Source of the DNA: an uncultured virus (IMG/VR IMGVR_UViG_3300031784_002630)
Taxonomy: Duplodnaviria; Heunggongvirae; Uroviricota; Caudoviricetes
IMG/VR virus record: IMGVR_UViG_3300031784_002630
Coordinates: 1-64,000 of that record
Direction: 5' to 3' (one strand)
Length of the DNA stretch: 64,000 nucleotides
Positions 37,762-47,601 of the stretch are shown one piece after another; position 1 is the first letter of the stretch; each line of letters opens with the position of its first letter. Made by a program: the position numbers and the translations under genes. Below the pieces are notes generated by a model. It worked only from the letters and a program-made list of their open reading frames with translations. It made no database searches and had not been told where the DNA came from.

Positions 37762-39438
37762 TTATGATTCTTTTCTTAAAGAACCGTCATAAAAATCAAA
37801 TCGGTCATGTTCGGTTGGTGTTAACAATAACAATCCAGGGTTTATATTACCTTTTTTTGTTTCCTGATATATGAAACTCATCCAAGTTTGTTCAAAAGGT
37901 CTGGCCCATTTTGTTTCTAAAAACATTTTTTGATTACCATATTTTGTAACCACTTGTGGCCAATTACAATAATAAACATCACCCAAAGCGTATGGAATAC
38001 CTTTATATGTTAATATTTTATTAAAGTTGGTTTTTGGTGCATTTGGGTCTAAACCCATCACAGGTAAATTTGGTTTGTTTGGCCAAAATTCTTCTCTAAT
38101 ATGTTGTGGTACATTATACCATGACCATTGAGTTCCGTTGTCACCATAAAACTCGGTGTAATTCATTTTTAAGAAATCAAGGTCTTCTTTCTTAGTAATC
38201 TCTAATGAATTAATATACAAATTATTTACAGTTCTATTGAATCCGTTTTTACAAACTTCACCTTTCTTTGGAAAAAAGAACATGTCATCCTCAAAGAAGA
38301 AATAAAAATCAAAATTGTTTTCATCGGCATGTTCGGCAATAAATTGTCTACCACCACAGATACCTAAATTATCTTTCTTAATGTGTTCAAAACCAAACTC
38401 ATTACATAACTCAATATATCTTTCAGTTGTTTCTAAATCTGATGAATTATCCAATAGATATTTTTTTGGTCTATCCAAAAAGTTTCTGTCGTATTGAATC
38501 ATAGACTCAATCAATGTCTCAAATTGTTTTGGACTATTAAATGTTATAACATAAAGAGCTGAATTATTAATGTTTAAATCTTTGTTTAATGATTTTTTAC
38601 CTGATATATTTTTAACTTCGTATGTATCATTTTTTAAATCTTCACAGAACTTTGAAATTAACCCGTTACCTTCAATTTCAACATAATCAATCATATCACT
38701 ATGTTTATATAACATAATACTAAAGATTGATTCTTCGGTACCCATGTATCCACTTCTTAGTGTCTCGGATAATATGTTGTAATATATTCCGTTAATATCT
38801 GAAAATACGTGTTTTGGTCCGCCAAATAATCCACCTCTACATACTAACTTAACTTCATCACCAGCATATGAATTTATTTTAGGATATGAGAATCCATGAA
38901 TTTCGTTGTTTGCATCATATGGAAACGCAACAAAACCAAACTTATCAAAAACCTCAGGTAATTTGTTTTGTATTTTATCGTGCGTAAAATATCCTGGATG
39001 AATTGTGTTTGTAATACCAGCATCAATCCAATAAAGATGTTGTGAGTTAAATTGGTCCATAATTCTTGCATCATTCATCAAGAACATTTTGGACATTACC
39101 AAAGGATTATACCACTCAAGTTTTGCTTGTGTTGAATCTTGTAACCAACCAGCTTGTCCAAACCAATCAGGATTATTTCTAATCTCTTGTATTTTATCAT
39201 AAGGAACAGTTTGTTTGAACCATTCCTTATCTCTTGTAATGAATTGTGTATTTGACCTATCTCTTCTTTCAAAAACAAATGATTCTAATTCGGGTTCACC
39301 AAAAATAATCATATTGTTTTCAATTTGTAATAATTGGTCAAATTTATCCAAATAATGTTGAAATGTCCTTGACCATCCTTCACCAAGTTCGTCACGTTTA
39401 ATATTCCAAAGTCCTGTTACAACTGTTACGTTACTCAT
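37762..39438 (-). CDS. HtrL/YibB-family domain fused to a GT-A (GT2-like) domain
   Basis: TVVTGLW..I.R, SK.F, YWIDAG, GG.FGG, TEE, then GICGGRQ and FFEDD. Likely start MSNVTVV at 39438. Confidence 0.7.
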   Translation of the reverse strand: MSNVTVVTGLWNIKRDELGEGWSRTFQHYLDKFDQLLQIENNMIIFGEPELESFVFERRDRSNTQFITRDKEWFKQTVPYDKIQEIRNNPDWFGQAGWLQDSTQAKLEWYNPLVMSKMFLMNDARIMDQFNSQHLYWIDAGITNTIHPGYFTHDKIQNKLPEVFDKFGFVAFPYDANNEIHGFSYPKINSYAGDEVKLVCRGGLFGGPKHVFSDINGIYYNILSETLRSGYMGTEESIFSIMLYKHSDMIDYVEIEGNGLISKFCEDLKNDTYEVKNISGKKSLNKDLNINNSALYVITFNSPKQFETLIESMIQYDRNFLDRPKKYLLDNSSDLETTERYIELCNEFGFEHIKKDNLGICGGRQFIAEHADENNFDFYFFFEDDMFFFPKKGEVCKNGFNRTVNNLYINSLEITKKEDLDFLKMNYTEFYGDNGTQWSWYNVPQHIREEFWPNKPNLPVMGLDPNAPKTNFNKILTYKGIPYALGDVYYCNWPQVVTKYGNQKMFLETKWARPFEQTWMSFIYQETKKGNINPGLLLLTPTEHDRFDFYDGSLRKES

Positions 39439-39439
39439 A

Positions 39440-40366
39440 TTAATATTGTAATATATCATGCCAAACCATGTATAAAGGTTTGGGTTTATTCCAACTTTTA
39501 TTCCACATTTCAAAATGAAATTCGTCGTGTTGATTTGTTTGATGAACGTCAAATAAAAAATCTAACAAGTGATTTTTATCAAATAAATCATAAACTACTT
39601 TCATAATAGATTCTTCAGTACATAAAAAATTGTGTTTTAATACTTCAACAGATAATTTCCAAAATTCTTCAATATATTTTTTGAGTTGTATTGTGTCACC
39701 ACCAATTAATCCACCTATTGGAAAATCTCTTACAATATCATAATCTATAATCCCATGTTGTTTGAATTCATAGCTAGTTTGTGCGTTAGAACCAACAAGT
39801 GTAACAATTTTATTATCACAAATATCATTCAATTTTTCAAATATTTTCGTGTTAAATAATTTAGTAAAATCGTATTGTAACATTTCATTGTGTTGCCAAG
39901 CTAAAGGTCCATTACCACTGTGGTATGATTTATCACCAAATGGAACACAATAACGCCAAGGAAAGATACCAGGATGTTGTAAGCCTATATCAACCCAATA
40001 TACTCGGTCAAAACCATCAAGTTCCTGTTCCAAGACTTGAAACTTTCCCCACATTATTTCAGTACCTCTACCATCAAGACCATTGTTTTCAAAATTCTTA
40101 TCTCTAACAATGCTAATTTCTTTGTGAAGTTTCATATCAGTAAGCTCAAGAATTTTAATTTCAAGATTGTCTAAATTATGTGTGTTTTTTAAACTTAATA
40201 ATTCTTCTTGATTTTTTTTTTGGGTATAGCAAATTATTGGTAAATTTATACCGCGACAATGACTAATTAACGAACCCCAATATCTTGGTTTTCTACTTGC
40301 TCTTGTTCCTTGAAATGGATACCCCTCAACATCCATCCAATACCCTGTAACTATTTTTGACTTCAT
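39440..40366 (-). CDS. HtrL/YibB-like putative glycosyltransferase
   Basis: IVTGYW, YWVDIG, GGLIGG and TEESIM; paralogous to the adjacent gene's N-domain. Confidence 0.65.
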   Translation of the reverse strand: MKSKIVTGYWMDVEGYPFQGTRASRKPRYWGSLISHCRGINLPIICYTQKKNQEELLSLKNTHNLDNLEIKILELTDMKLHKEISIVRDKNFENNGLDGRGTEIMWGKFQVLEQELDGFDRVYWVDIGLQHPGIFPWRYCVPFGDKSYHSGNGPLAWQHNEMLQYDFTKLFNTKIFEKLNDICDNKIVTLVGSNAQTSYEFKQHGIIDYDIVRDFPIGGLIGGDTIQLKKYIEEFWKLSVEVLKHNFLCTEESIMKVVYDLFDKNHLLDFLFDVHQTNQHDEFHFEMWNKSWNKPKPLYMVWHDILQY

Positions 40367-41103
40367 TAAAATCTTGTGTGAAAATCGCCGAGTTTAGTAT
40401 AAAAAGAAAAACAATTTTGAATCAAATTAAAATAACCTTGATATGCATATTTCATTTCAGCTTCTAAAGCTGAAATTCCTATTTCAAAACCATCTGGATA
40501 ATTTCTGATATCATTAGCTATACTATACCATAAAAATTGTTCCCATCTTTGAACAAAAAATTTAAACTTCCAATTATTTTTGAATACCAAGAATTGTTCA
40601 TTAACAACGTGTGCTTCATCCCATTTGTTGTGTTCAAAAACATCATAATCGTACAGTTTATCTTTGAAAAAACTTTGTTCGGGTTCTTTTTTATGTGGTC
40701 CGATTGGAGCGGGTCTTTCGAATAAAAAATCTAAACCATCTTTTTCCATGTAAGACAACATGTTCAATATTTTTTCTTCTGAAAATCCATTATGCATTCT
40801 CCAATCACCATCAGTAAAAATAATATACTCAGGTTTATCTCCTGTTATTTTTTGGTGTTCCAAAATATGTTTTAAAGACAATACTTTTAAATTTAAATTA
40901 AAATTGAACCCACCTCGAGAATCATATAATGGTGGGTTTATTACTTTGGTGTGTATTCTATTACCCTGATTTTGAAGTTCATGATTTGTGGTTGTAATAA
41001 AAAATTCACATTCGGTTGTATTATCCCTTAGTTCTTTATAGAAAGATGGTGTAATTGATTCGTACGGTTCATTTACCGCTAAAGTTGTAAAACAGTATTT
41101 CAT
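40366..41103 (-). CDS. Putative GT-A fold glycosyltransferase
   Basis: YIIFTDGD DxD motif; operon context. Confidence 0.55.
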   Translation of the reverse strand: MKYCFTTLAVNEPYESITPSFYKELRDNTTECEFFITTTNHELQNQGNRIHTKVINPPLYDSRGGFNFNLNLKVLSLKHILEHQKITGDKPEYIIFTDGDWRMHNGFSEEKILNMLSYMEKDGLDFLFERPAPIGPHKKEPEQSFFKDKLYDYDVFEHNKWDEAHVVNEQFLVFKNNWKFKFFVQRWEQFLWYSIANDIRNYPDGFEIGISALEAEMKYAYQGYFNLIQNCFSFYTKLGDFHTRF

Positions 41104-41106
41104 TAT

Positions 41107-41793
41107 TTATAAATTTAATTCTTTTAAAAATTCCAAACACTTAACACCACTCGGTTTTGTTGGTTCATCGTTTTCGTCTAATTGTATACCAATAAAAAAA
41201 TCTTGATTGTCTCTTGGTATGTATGTGTCTTGTTTATCAAAACCAAAATATAAAACATTGGATTTATCAATATTATTGATATACTGATGTAAAATTTCTT
41301 GGTCTGTTCCCCACCTTAAGTCAGACGTATTAACGAATTGTATAAAGTGTTCTTCAAACTTATTTATTTTTCTTTTGATTCCAAACAAACCACTTGGCAC
41401 GGGTGCGTGCCACGGGTGGTCTCTGATAATAAAATAATCTTCATTACTTTGTTCCCATATTCTAATATATTGAACTTCTCTTTCAGATATTCTACTATCT
41501 AAATCTCTCACAATTGTTGGAATATCTTGTAAGAAAGAAAAAAATCTCCAAAAATATGGAAAATGTATTGATTCTTTTTCACCTAATTTAATTTTGGAAA
41601 CATCAATCATTACTGCGCCCATTTCAGTAAGTTTTTCAACATAACCTTGTAATATATTTTCGGGGTGATAATAAATGACTGTTGTCCAATCAGGTAACAA
41701 TTCCTTATTAATTATTATATTTTTTTCAGCCCCAACATAATATTTTGGGTCATAACCAAAAAGACTAAATGATATATGTTTCATACTACTCAA
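41107..41793 (-). CDS. Putative glycosyltransferase-like protein
   Basis: ISFSLFG, WRF, RDLDSR (DxD), RDHPWH and DQ..L motifs. Confidence 0.55.
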   Translation of the reverse strand: MSSMKHISFSLFGYDPKYYVGAEKNIIINKELLPDWTTVIYYHPENILQGYVEKLTEMGAVMIDVSKIKLGEKESIHFPYFWRFFSFLQDIPTIVRDLDSRISEREVQYIRIWEQSNEDYFIIRDHPWHAPVPSGLFGIKRKINKFEEHFIQFVNTSDLRWGTDQEILHQYINNIDKSNVLYFGFDKQDTYIPRDNQDFFIGIQLDENDEPTKPSGVKCLEFLKELNL

Positions 41794-42781
41794 TAATTTT
41801 ACTAAAAAAATTCAAAATGTAATCCTCATTAAAATAAATTGGTAATTTATTATCAACAAAAATTGGTTCTTCAAAATATGATTTTAATCTATCATTATCT
41901 TTATATAACTCATCTAAAAATTCAACTAAACTTTCAAAACTTTCAAATTTGTGACAGTTAATAAAAGATTTAGGATTAAATCCTTCTTCCTCAATATATT
42001 GATTACCATAAAATAATGGTATTGTATTTGCTGCGTAAGCGTGTATAATTTTTTCTTGAGTTAAATTATCAGTATTTGTAAATTGGTAGGCAATGTTAAA
42101 CACTGTGTCAGAGAAAAAATTAATCTTATCCCTATATGTTAGTCCATCAATTCTACCCATGTATTCTTTGTTTGAATAATTGTGGTATTGATAAGGGTTT
42201 AGTGTTTCTTCGTCGGGAACTGTTCTACGCCAAGGTCCTGATGATTTAATGAAATGTTTCTCTTGAATCAAATCAAACAATTTTTCTCTGTCGGGATTGT
42301 TGCTTGATTGGACTATACTACAAAAATGTTTTTTACTTTCGAGTATCTTCGACCCGTCCCTTTTTTTGGTTAACCAATCAAATGGTGTGTCAAACATTCC
42401 TCCTTCATTATGTAAAACAAAAGCATCTAATACTAAAGTTGGGAACCTAAGATATCTCTCATTATCAATATGTTCATAACCTAAAACATAATAGTTATCA
42501 CCTTTATTTAAATGTGCGTTAAAATCGGGTCTAGCTTCACCACTAATAAAAACTTTTTTAATAGAATCATCATATTGATGAATACCTCTTACAGTTTCAT
42601 TTGTGTAATAATCTAATTCGTTTTCACGATAAAATTGATTAGTATAGATTACAATGTCCGGATTGATTGCGTCAATCACAACATTATATTTTTTATTTAG
42701 GATGTTTACAAAGTAATTCATCCAAGAAAAATTTCCAACACCAGGGAAACTAGCTCTAGATAATTTTATAGTTTTTTTCAT
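41786..42781 (-). CDS. GT10 alpha-1,3/4-fucosyltransferase-like protein
   Basis: FISGE, FCSIVQS, K..F....FNIA and QEKI.HA....IP..YG alpha-1,3-FucT motif. Confidence 0.8.
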   Translation of the reverse strand: MKKTIKLSRASFPGVGNFSWMNYFVNILNKKYNVVIDAINPDIVIYTNQFYRENELDYYTNETVRGIHQYDDSIKKVFISGEARPDFNAHLNKGDNYYVLGYEHIDNERYLRFPTLVLDAFVLHNEGGMFDTPFDWLTKKRDGSKILESKKHFCSIVQSSNNPDREKLFDLIQEKHFIKSSGPWRRTVPDEETLNPYQYHNYSNKEYMGRIDGLTYRDKINFFSDTVFNIAYQFTNTDNLTQEKIIHAYAANTIPLFYGNQYIEEEGFNPKSFINCHKFESFESLVEFLDELYKDNDRLKSYFEEPIFVDNKLPIYFNEDYILNFFSKIIE

Positions 42782-43617
42782 GTATATATGTTATTAATTG
42801 GTACAAAAGTGTATCGGTCTTCGTCATCAACCTTTAAGTTAACAAATTGTGCAAAAACTTCATTGTTTGAATTGGGACCATCGTTAGTTGTTGGCCAATA
42901 TATTTTATCTGCGTTTGATAAAAAACTTGCCCAAAATGAAAATGTTCCTTGACAAGCAACAATTTTATTGAACGATGTTATCTCTGAGAAAATATCCAAG
43001 ATTCCTGACTCCAAATAAATCGGATTATATTTTTCAATTTTACTGATTAGACTTTGATGTTTATATAAATGGTCGTAACCAACATATAACTTATCAAATG
43101 ACTCATTTTCTAAAATATTAATATAATAGTCATCCGGTAATACAAATCTAGCATCGTCTCTACTGTTTCTTAGCATGATGACCATATCATTATTATTACG
43201 TTTTGGTCTAACCAAACTTGAATAATAAGAACGAATTTTTTCTTTATATGGTTTGATATAATCATATTTTGTAAAGTATCCTACCACTTCAATATGATGA
43301 TTATTAAATTGATTAATAAAACCTTCCAATCCGTTAAAATTAAAAAGGTCAATGTCGTCCATAGTTTTTGTTGGAGACTCAACTCTTTTTCTACCCGTCA
43401 AACTTCCAAAGGGAAATTTTTCATTTACATAATTACCCACACTAGTTAACTCCCGTCTTATTAATGGGTTTGGTGGTAAAATTAAATCATAATCTAATAT
43501 ATCTGACGCAACTCTACTTACACCGTAAATAAATAATTTATTACCTAAATTTTTTCTGAACGTTGAAAAATGCCCACCCGACAATCCTTGAACATATTCA
43601 TCATAAAATGTTATCAT
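42778..43617 (-). CDS. GT11 alpha-1,2-fucosyltransferase-like protein
   Basis: LGNKLF.Y, GYF, LR...D, YY and GTFSFWASFL motifs. Confidence 0.75.
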   Translation of the reverse strand: MITFYDEYVQGLSGGHFSTFRKNLGNKLFIYGVSRVASDILDYDLILPPNPLIRRELTSVGNYVNEKFPFGSLTGRKRVESPTKTMDDIDLFNFNGLEGFINQFNNHHIEVVGYFTKYDYIKPYKEKIRSYYSSLVRPKRNNNDMVIMLRNSRDDARFVLPDDYYINILENESFDKLYVGYDHLYKHQSLISKIEKYNPIYLESGILDIFSEITSFNKIVACQGTFSFWASFLSNADKIYWPTTNDGPNSNNEVFAQFVNLKVDDEDRYTFVPINNIYT

Positions 43618-43633
43618 TATTATAGGGTATAAA

Positions 43634-44899
43634 CTATAAATTGCCAGTTATTCTTTCACACCATCCTTTAGATTCTGAGTGAGGCCAAACAACCCAATAC
43701 TTTGGTTTATGTGCCGTTTGGAACTCTCTCCATACTTTACAATATCCATCAGGGTCATTCATCATTTGGTTAATTTCAGATTTATCAGCGTCTTTTCTAT
43801 ATATTGTTTCATCCTGTTCATTGTGGAACGCAACAACCCAAAAATCATAATCTTTTTCAGGTACCGAGCCATAATTAACATCAATACAATGTTTAAATAT
43901 GCTAGCAAAACTTTCTAACCATTTTTCTTCACTTTCAAATTCTTGCGGATTTGGTGGATACTTTTTATCTAAGGTGTATTGTTGTACAGCTCTTTTTTGA
44001 AAAATAAGACCCGCATATTTTTCGTAATCTCTTAATGTTCTTGTAGTTCCGAATCCATAAGGACCATCATGTCCTTCTTGAACTTCTCCGTCCATACCAA
44101 ATAGTTTTCTATTCAATAAGTGCGCTTGATTATTTCTTCTAACCCATTCTTTATCATCATCCCATTGTTTGGTTCTACCCTTACGAGTATATTCGTGCCA
44201 AATCAATACTTTATGTGGGTGGAATAAGTCATATCCACAAGTGTAAGCTCTTGCTGAAATTGAAATTTCTTCACCGTGAAAATAGTAGTGCGGATTGTGT
44301 TGAACTTCTTTTGAGAATTGTCCTAAGGTAAAACAGTAGTGTGCGGAATAGAATCTTGCTGGTACTGGTTCTGTCATCTCTCTCCAATTTGGAATTGTCT
44401 CAGGTAAGAAGAATACCGCACCTTCAGGAATAAATCTATCAAACGCCATTCTCCAAGGCTCTTGTACCCTACCCGCTGGGTCATTGTCAGGGTCAAATGA
44501 TGACACATATCCTGTAAGTAATGGTTTCTTATGTCCTTTCTTTTGAAGTTGTTTAACCATGTTAATCATTTCTTCATCCCAATCAGGTGCAAACCTCATA
44601 TGTGAGTCAATTTGAAGTGTATATGCTTCGTCTTTATATAGTTGTTGAACTAAGTGTCTCGCCCAACAAACACCTTCAGCTTCTTGATAAGGAATATTTA
44701 AGATTCTGAATCTATCGTCATTTTCATATTCAGATAAATCATCAAATTTATCATCAGGATGAAATTGTCTTGCAATACCAATGGTAATGTTTTGGGGGTT
44801 CTTAGCGTTTTCCAACATGTTCTTAATTGTTGGAATCAGTTGTGGGTCACGATAGGACGCAATCTGTACAAAAATTTTTGAGTTTTTCTTAGGTTTCAT
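43634..44899 (-). CDS. GT60 (Gnt1/OGNT-type) polypeptide alpha-N-acetylglucosaminyltransferase
   Basis: IFVQIASYRD, GVCWAR, LQIDSHMRF, F.GEE...SAR..T.GYD and H.Y motifs. Confidence 0.85.
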   Translation of the reverse strand: MKPKKNSKIFVQIASYRDPQLIPTIKNMLENAKNPQNITIGIARQFHPDDKFDDLSEYENDDRFRILNIPYQEAEGVCWARHLVQQLYKDEAYTLQIDSHMRFAPDWDEEMINMVKQLQKKGHKKPLLTGYVSSFDPDNDPAGRVQEPWRMAFDRFIPEGAVFFLPETIPNWREMTEPVPARFYSAHYCFTLGQFSKEVQHNPHYYFHGEEISISARAYTCGYDLFHPHKVLIWHEYTRKGRTKQWDDDKEWVRRNNQAHLLNRKLFGMDGEVQEGHDGPYGFGTTRTLRDYEKYAGLIFQKRAVQQYTLDKKYPPNPQEFESEEKWLESFASIFKHCIDVNYGSVPEKDYDFWVVAFHNEQDETIYRKDADKSEINQMMNDPDGYCKVWREFQTAHKPKYWVVWPHSESKGWCERITGNL

Positions 44900-44999
44900 T
44901 ATAAAAATTCCATTTATAAAAGAATATAAGTTTTTACCTAATGAAGTGAATATAAAGAATTGTTTGTACTTTATATTTATATGGAAATATTTATAGTAA

Positions 45000-45167
45000 A
45001 TGAAATTACTTAAAACAATAGAAAAATTAATAAGAGAATCTGAGGACGCTTATAATAAAGCGTTGGAGTCTGTTGTTGACGAAAAAGAATTGGACCGTCT
45101 TGAAAAGAACTACAAGGACAGTTTAAAATTGATGAAAACCTTTCATCAGATTAACAAAAAGAATTAA
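45000..45167 (+). CDS. Small protein (55 aa) MKLLKTIEKLIRES...
   Basis: Hand-read ORF with TATTTATA twice upstream (44972, 44988). Confidence 0.65.
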   Translation: MKLLKTIEKLIRESEDAYNKALESVVDEKELDRLEKNYKDSLKLMKTFHQINKKN

Positions 45168-45169
45168 TA

Positions 45170-47299
45170 CTATAACCCAAATTGTGTTTTGTTTGCGTTG
45201 TAATTTTGAATAATTTCAGATTGGGTTAGTATTTTATTATAAAATCTGTAGATTGCAATATCCATAGAACCTTCTTTACTATAAGTTCCGTTACCCTGAG
45301 CACCACCACCAAATACTAATTTACCTCCTGAGCTTGGACTCCAAGAAGTGTTGGATGAAGTACCTGTTAGTACACCATTTACGTATAATCTAGTTTGATT
45401 TAATGTTTGGTCCCATACCGCAACCCATTGTTGCCATGATGCTGTTGATGACCAAGAAGGTCCTGCCGAACCTCCACTATTTTTTAATAAACCACCCGAA
45501 TAAAACCCACTAGAAAAATAACTACCATAAATCCCATTCATTACAAAATTTCCAACAGGATTTTTTATCCATAATTCCATAGATATATTTACATTTCCCA
45601 ATAAATTACCACTTGTTACATTTATAAAACCAAAATCATCAACATTATCAAAACTAATGAAACCACCATTAGCCGAATTAAATGTTGGTGAATTTAATAA
45701 AGTCATATTACTTCCATATCCACTTATATCATTCCAAGTACTTGAACCTGATGTATATGAATTTGGGTCTGAAGCATCTAAAAAAAGAACTAACCCTGAA
45801 TTTACAGGAAATGCGGTTGGTTGATATATTGGAAGTTGTGAATTATATAAATTAACAATATCGGTTGCGGATAATTCTCTATTATATAAATTAAAAGAGC
45901 CAACGTTCATATTGGTAGCAGAATTGACACTATCACTTCTAGTTCCCATAGTTAGTCTATTATGTGTATTCCAAGACGAAACACCATTAGCTACTAAAGT
46001 AATCATATTCCAAGAACCTGTTGTATTTGTTCCATCTGATACTACACTAGAAGTATTACCAGATGAAATAAGAGTTCCATTTTTATATAATTTAATTCCT
46101 GAATTTCCTGTTCCTCCCCAGTATTGGTAATTATTAAGATTACTTTGTCTTCTTACTCCCCATCCTTGTAATAATCCAGCCTCTTCAGCATTATATGAAA
46201 AATATGTTTCCCAAGTATTGGTACTATTAACATACATCCAAATATTGGCAGTTATTGTTGTATAATTTTTTAATGTTGAATCTGTTAAAAGAATATAATC
46301 ATCAACACCATCAAGATTAATATTACCATTGTTAATCGCATTTAAATAAGGACCATTAATCAAACTAAAACTTGACGTGTTTAATAAACCATTATTTGGG
46401 ATTGTTAAACCAGCCGCAGTTACAGGAAACGATGAAAATGGGTTTGCAGTGGTTCCATCTTCTAGTTGAAATTCTGTGAGTACATATTGAGTATTAGCAG
46501 CATAACTTCCAGCAATATATAAAAAATTTTTAGAAATATTATAAGTAAAAGTTTGGGTATATTTTTGCCAAGTAGTTGTAACTGGAAAATTCCCATAGCT
46601 CCAACTACTTACATCTCCACTTCCGTTTTGATTATTCCAATTAATATCAAAATTAGGTCCCGATAAGACTTTACCCCAAAAAGAAAAAGTATAAGTTTGT
46701 CCTGTAACTAATAATCCGCCCGGACCATAAACTGGATTAGTATATCTACCCCAAGTAAACCCACCTCCTAAATTTTGTAAAGCCTTCGTTGATTTAGAAC
46801 CAACATAAGGACGGTCATTTGTTATATCCGCAATACTGATAGTACCACCATATGCCACCCAACCAATTGTGGTTCCATAAGCAAAATCACCATTAGCAAA
46901 ATAATTGTTTACCTTAGGACAAAAATCTAATACTAACCCACTAGTTATTGACCCACCGTAAGGTAATTCATTTTTTAACATGGAATAGATTCCTGAATCT
47001 AACAACCAATTTATTGCAGTAGTAGTTCCTGTAAATGGTGTTGAACCTACTCTATCTGGTAACCCGTTAATTATTGTTAATAAACTTGTATTGGTAAAAT
47101 CACCCGTTCCCCACATTAAAGGTGGGTTAGAATTTTTTATAATAACATATTGATAAGACGAATCAACACTATTGTAAAAAGTAGCGTTTGCCGCACCTGC
47201 ACCCCAGTTTGCGGGACCAACACCTACAAGGATGTTGGACTGTTTTGCCGTGTTTGGTGGTTGTACTGAACCTGTCTTATATGCTATTGGTTTGGACAT
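45170..47299 (-). CDS. LamG/concanavalin-like multi-domain fibre protein, paralogue A
   Basis: Conserved N-domain, CBM-like domain and two LamG-like domains (LDGVDDY, FDNVDD, YN..L...EI..NY). Likely start MSKPIAY. Confidence 0.8.
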   Translation of the reverse strand: MSKPIAYKTGSVQPPNTAKQSNILVGVGPANWGAGAANATFYNSVDSSYQYVIIKNSNPPLMWGTGDFTNTSLLTIINGLPDRVGSTPFTGTTTAINWLLDSGIYSMLKNELPYGGSITSGLVLDFCPKVNNYFANGDFAYGTTIGWVAYGGTISIADITNDRPYVGSKSTKALQNLGGGFTWGRYTNPVYGPGGLLVTGQTYTFSFWGKVLSGPNFDINWNNQNGSGDVSSWSYGNFPVTTTWQKYTQTFTYNISKNFLYIAGSYAANTQYVLTEFQLEDGTTANPFSSFPVTAAGLTIPNNGLLNTSSFSLINGPYLNAINNGNINLDGVDDYILLTDSTLKNYTTITANIWMYVNSTNTWETYFSYNAEEAGLLQGWGVRRQSNLNNYQYWGGTGNSGIKLYKNGTLISSGNTSSVVSDGTNTTGSWNMITLVANGVSSWNTHNRLTMGTRSDSVNSATNMNVGSFNLYNRELSATDIVNLYNSQLPIYQPTAFPVNSGLVLFLDASDPNSYTSGSSTWNDISGYGSNMTLLNSPTFNSANGGFISFDNVDDFGFINVTSGNLLGNVNISMELWIKNPVGNFVMNGIYGSYFSSGFYSGGLLKNSGGSAGPSWSSTASWQQWVAVWDQTLNQTRLYVNGVLTGTSSNTSWSPSSGGKLVFGGGAQGNGTYSKEGSMDIAIYRFYNKILTQSEIIQNYNANKTQFGL

Positions 47300-47332
47300 A
47301 ATGATAAATACCAATTTAAAGATTTACAAACC

Positions 47333-47590
47333 TTAAATTGGGTTTGGGTCTGTCCATTCTGGTGTTGCCAAAATTGTTAATATTTCATCATAGGTGTAAG
47401 GACCTTCTTTTGTTGTCATTGTTGCAACAAAATCTGGCGCTTCACCGTCCCATTTAATTAATGTCTTAGTTTCATTAACTGACTTTCGTAATGTAGTTGC
47501 TGATGTTTCTAAAACCTCATCAAAATTAATTTTGTTAATTTCACTTACGTTAAAAATTAAAAAATTGCGTTCATCGTATATTTGTATCAT
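47333..47590 (-). CDS. Small protein associated with the LamG fibre genes
   Basis: 85-aa ORF between paralogues. Confidence 0.65.
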   Translation of the reverse strand: MIQIYDERNFLIFNVSEINKINFDEVLETSATTLRKSVNETKTLIKWDGEAPDFVATMTTKEGPYTYDEILTILATPEWTDPNPI

Positions 47591-47601
47591 AATTTTATTT
47601 A

